Below are positions 63,350 through 64,000 of a DNA stretch of 64,000 bases, one piece after another; the first letter of the stretch is position 1, and each line of letters begins with the position of its first letter. Both the position numbers and the translations under genes were made by a program. Source of the DNA: Chitinophagales bacterium (GTDB lineage Bacteria; Bacteroidota; Bacteroidia; Chitinophagales; LD1); the NCBI GenBank assembly GCA_044225825.1, contig JBGAIB010000005.1, positions 213,750-277,749 on the forward strand, in the 5' to 3' direction. Below the pieces are notes generated by a model. The model was not told the origin of the DNA. It ran no database searches and saw nothing but the letters and a program-made list of their open reading frames with translations.

Positions 63350-64000
63350 TCAATGAAGCGGCAGACGTACGGTAAATGTGGTTCCCACGTTCAGCTTGCT
63401 GGTAAAGGAAATTTTTCCACCCATTATATCCATATATTTTTTTACGATATGTAAACCCATGCCTGTACCCTGGATATTGGTTACGTTATTGGCCCTAAAG
63501 AACGTTTGGAATAAATGCGGCTGATCCTCGGGCGGGATACCGATACCGGCATCTTTCACCGAAACTCGTAAAATGTTTTTATTGAGTTGGGCACTTAACT
63601 GAATTTGTTTGCCCTGCCCGGAATACTTTACCGCATTGCTTAAAAGGTTGAGCAATACGTTTTTGAAGTGTTGTTTATCCAGCGTAACCTCACCCTCAAT
63701 GTTTTTGCAGTTTAATTTTATGGACTGACCATCCTTGAGATAATTCTGCATTTCATCAATAATTTCCAAAAGCAGGCTCCTTAACTCTACCGGCACCGGC
63801 GTATTGCGCACACCGCCTTCCTCAATCTTACCAAGCGAAAGAAAATCGTTTAGGATATCAGTAAGGTTATTTACCGACTGCTTAATCCTGCTCAGGTGTT
63901 TCTCGCGTTTAGATTCGTCATCAGGGTCGGTGTATTTACCAACCAGGTAAGCTGAACTTAAAATAGTACTTAAAGGAGTTCGGAATTCGTGGGAAGCGAT
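63350..64000 (-). CDS. sensor histidine kinase, C-terminal part (N-terminus outside window)
   Basis: The frame is open to base 64000. Own translation of the end gives the H-box IASHEFRTPL. HATPase_c N/G boxes LLNLLSNAVKYS, DAGIGIP, GTGMGLHIV. Confidence 0.88.
   Translation of the reverse strand: MASHEFRTPLSTILSSAYLVGKYTDPDDESKREKHLSRIKQSVNNLTDILNDFLSLGKIEEGGVRNTPVPVELRSLLLEIIDEMQNYLKDGQSIKLNCKNIEGEVTLDKQHFKNVLLNLLSNAVKYSGQGKQIQLSAQLNKNILRVSVKDAGIGIPPEDQPHLFQTFFRANNVTNIQGTGMGLHIVKKYMDIMGGKISFTSKLNVGTTFTVRLPLH

Overview
This window reads like a Bacteroidota (Sphingobacteriia-type) chromosome. That is an inference from gene content and protein motifs only; no searches were possible. (1) 1-8.6 kb is housekeeping: a partial MBL-fold hydrolase, an extreme Q/N/Y/G low-complexity secreted protein, proS, pntAA-pntAB-pntB and folA. 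(2) 8.6-19.7 kb is a minus-strand three-gene operon. It encodes a ~2450-aa secreted giant protein ending in a Cys-dense module, a tandem FN3-like protein and a 569-aa predicted outer-membrane beta-barrel. I see no T9SS-type C-terminal domain on the giant protein. (3) 23.6-42.4 kb and 52.8-60.0 kb are two convergent halves of one envelope glycoconjugate/lipid-type locus. It holds a methyltransferase, TMTC-like and ArnT/PMT-like GT-C membrane proteins, a UbiA prenyltransferase, two radical-SAM enzymes (one SPASM-like, one B12-binding), a flippase-like protein, a GT2, and JmjC/cupin and Asp/Asn-beta-hydroxylase ORFs. It also holds nine PhyH-type Fe(II)/2OG dioxygenase domains arranged around a Wzm-like ABC-2 permease and a Wzt-like ATPase that is itself fused to a PhyH domain. 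This is my best candidate for an undescribed system. (4) 42.4-52.8 kb is a visibly AT-richer island sitting exactly between the two halves. It carries five orphan Rhs-core-tip/toxin + immunity cassettes (one on +, four on -), each preceded by a conserved non-coding leader, with no full-length rhs gene in the window. One cassette is split by a decayed IS3-family element with intact inverted repeats and a 4-bp target duplication. (5) 60.1-64 kb holds a DsrE-like/TusE-DsrC-like/SQR-like sulfur trio, a small Hsp20-like ORF, a response regulator and a partial histidine kinase. All family assignments rest on motifs read by eye from the supplied translations and my own translations. None has been confirmed by a database search.
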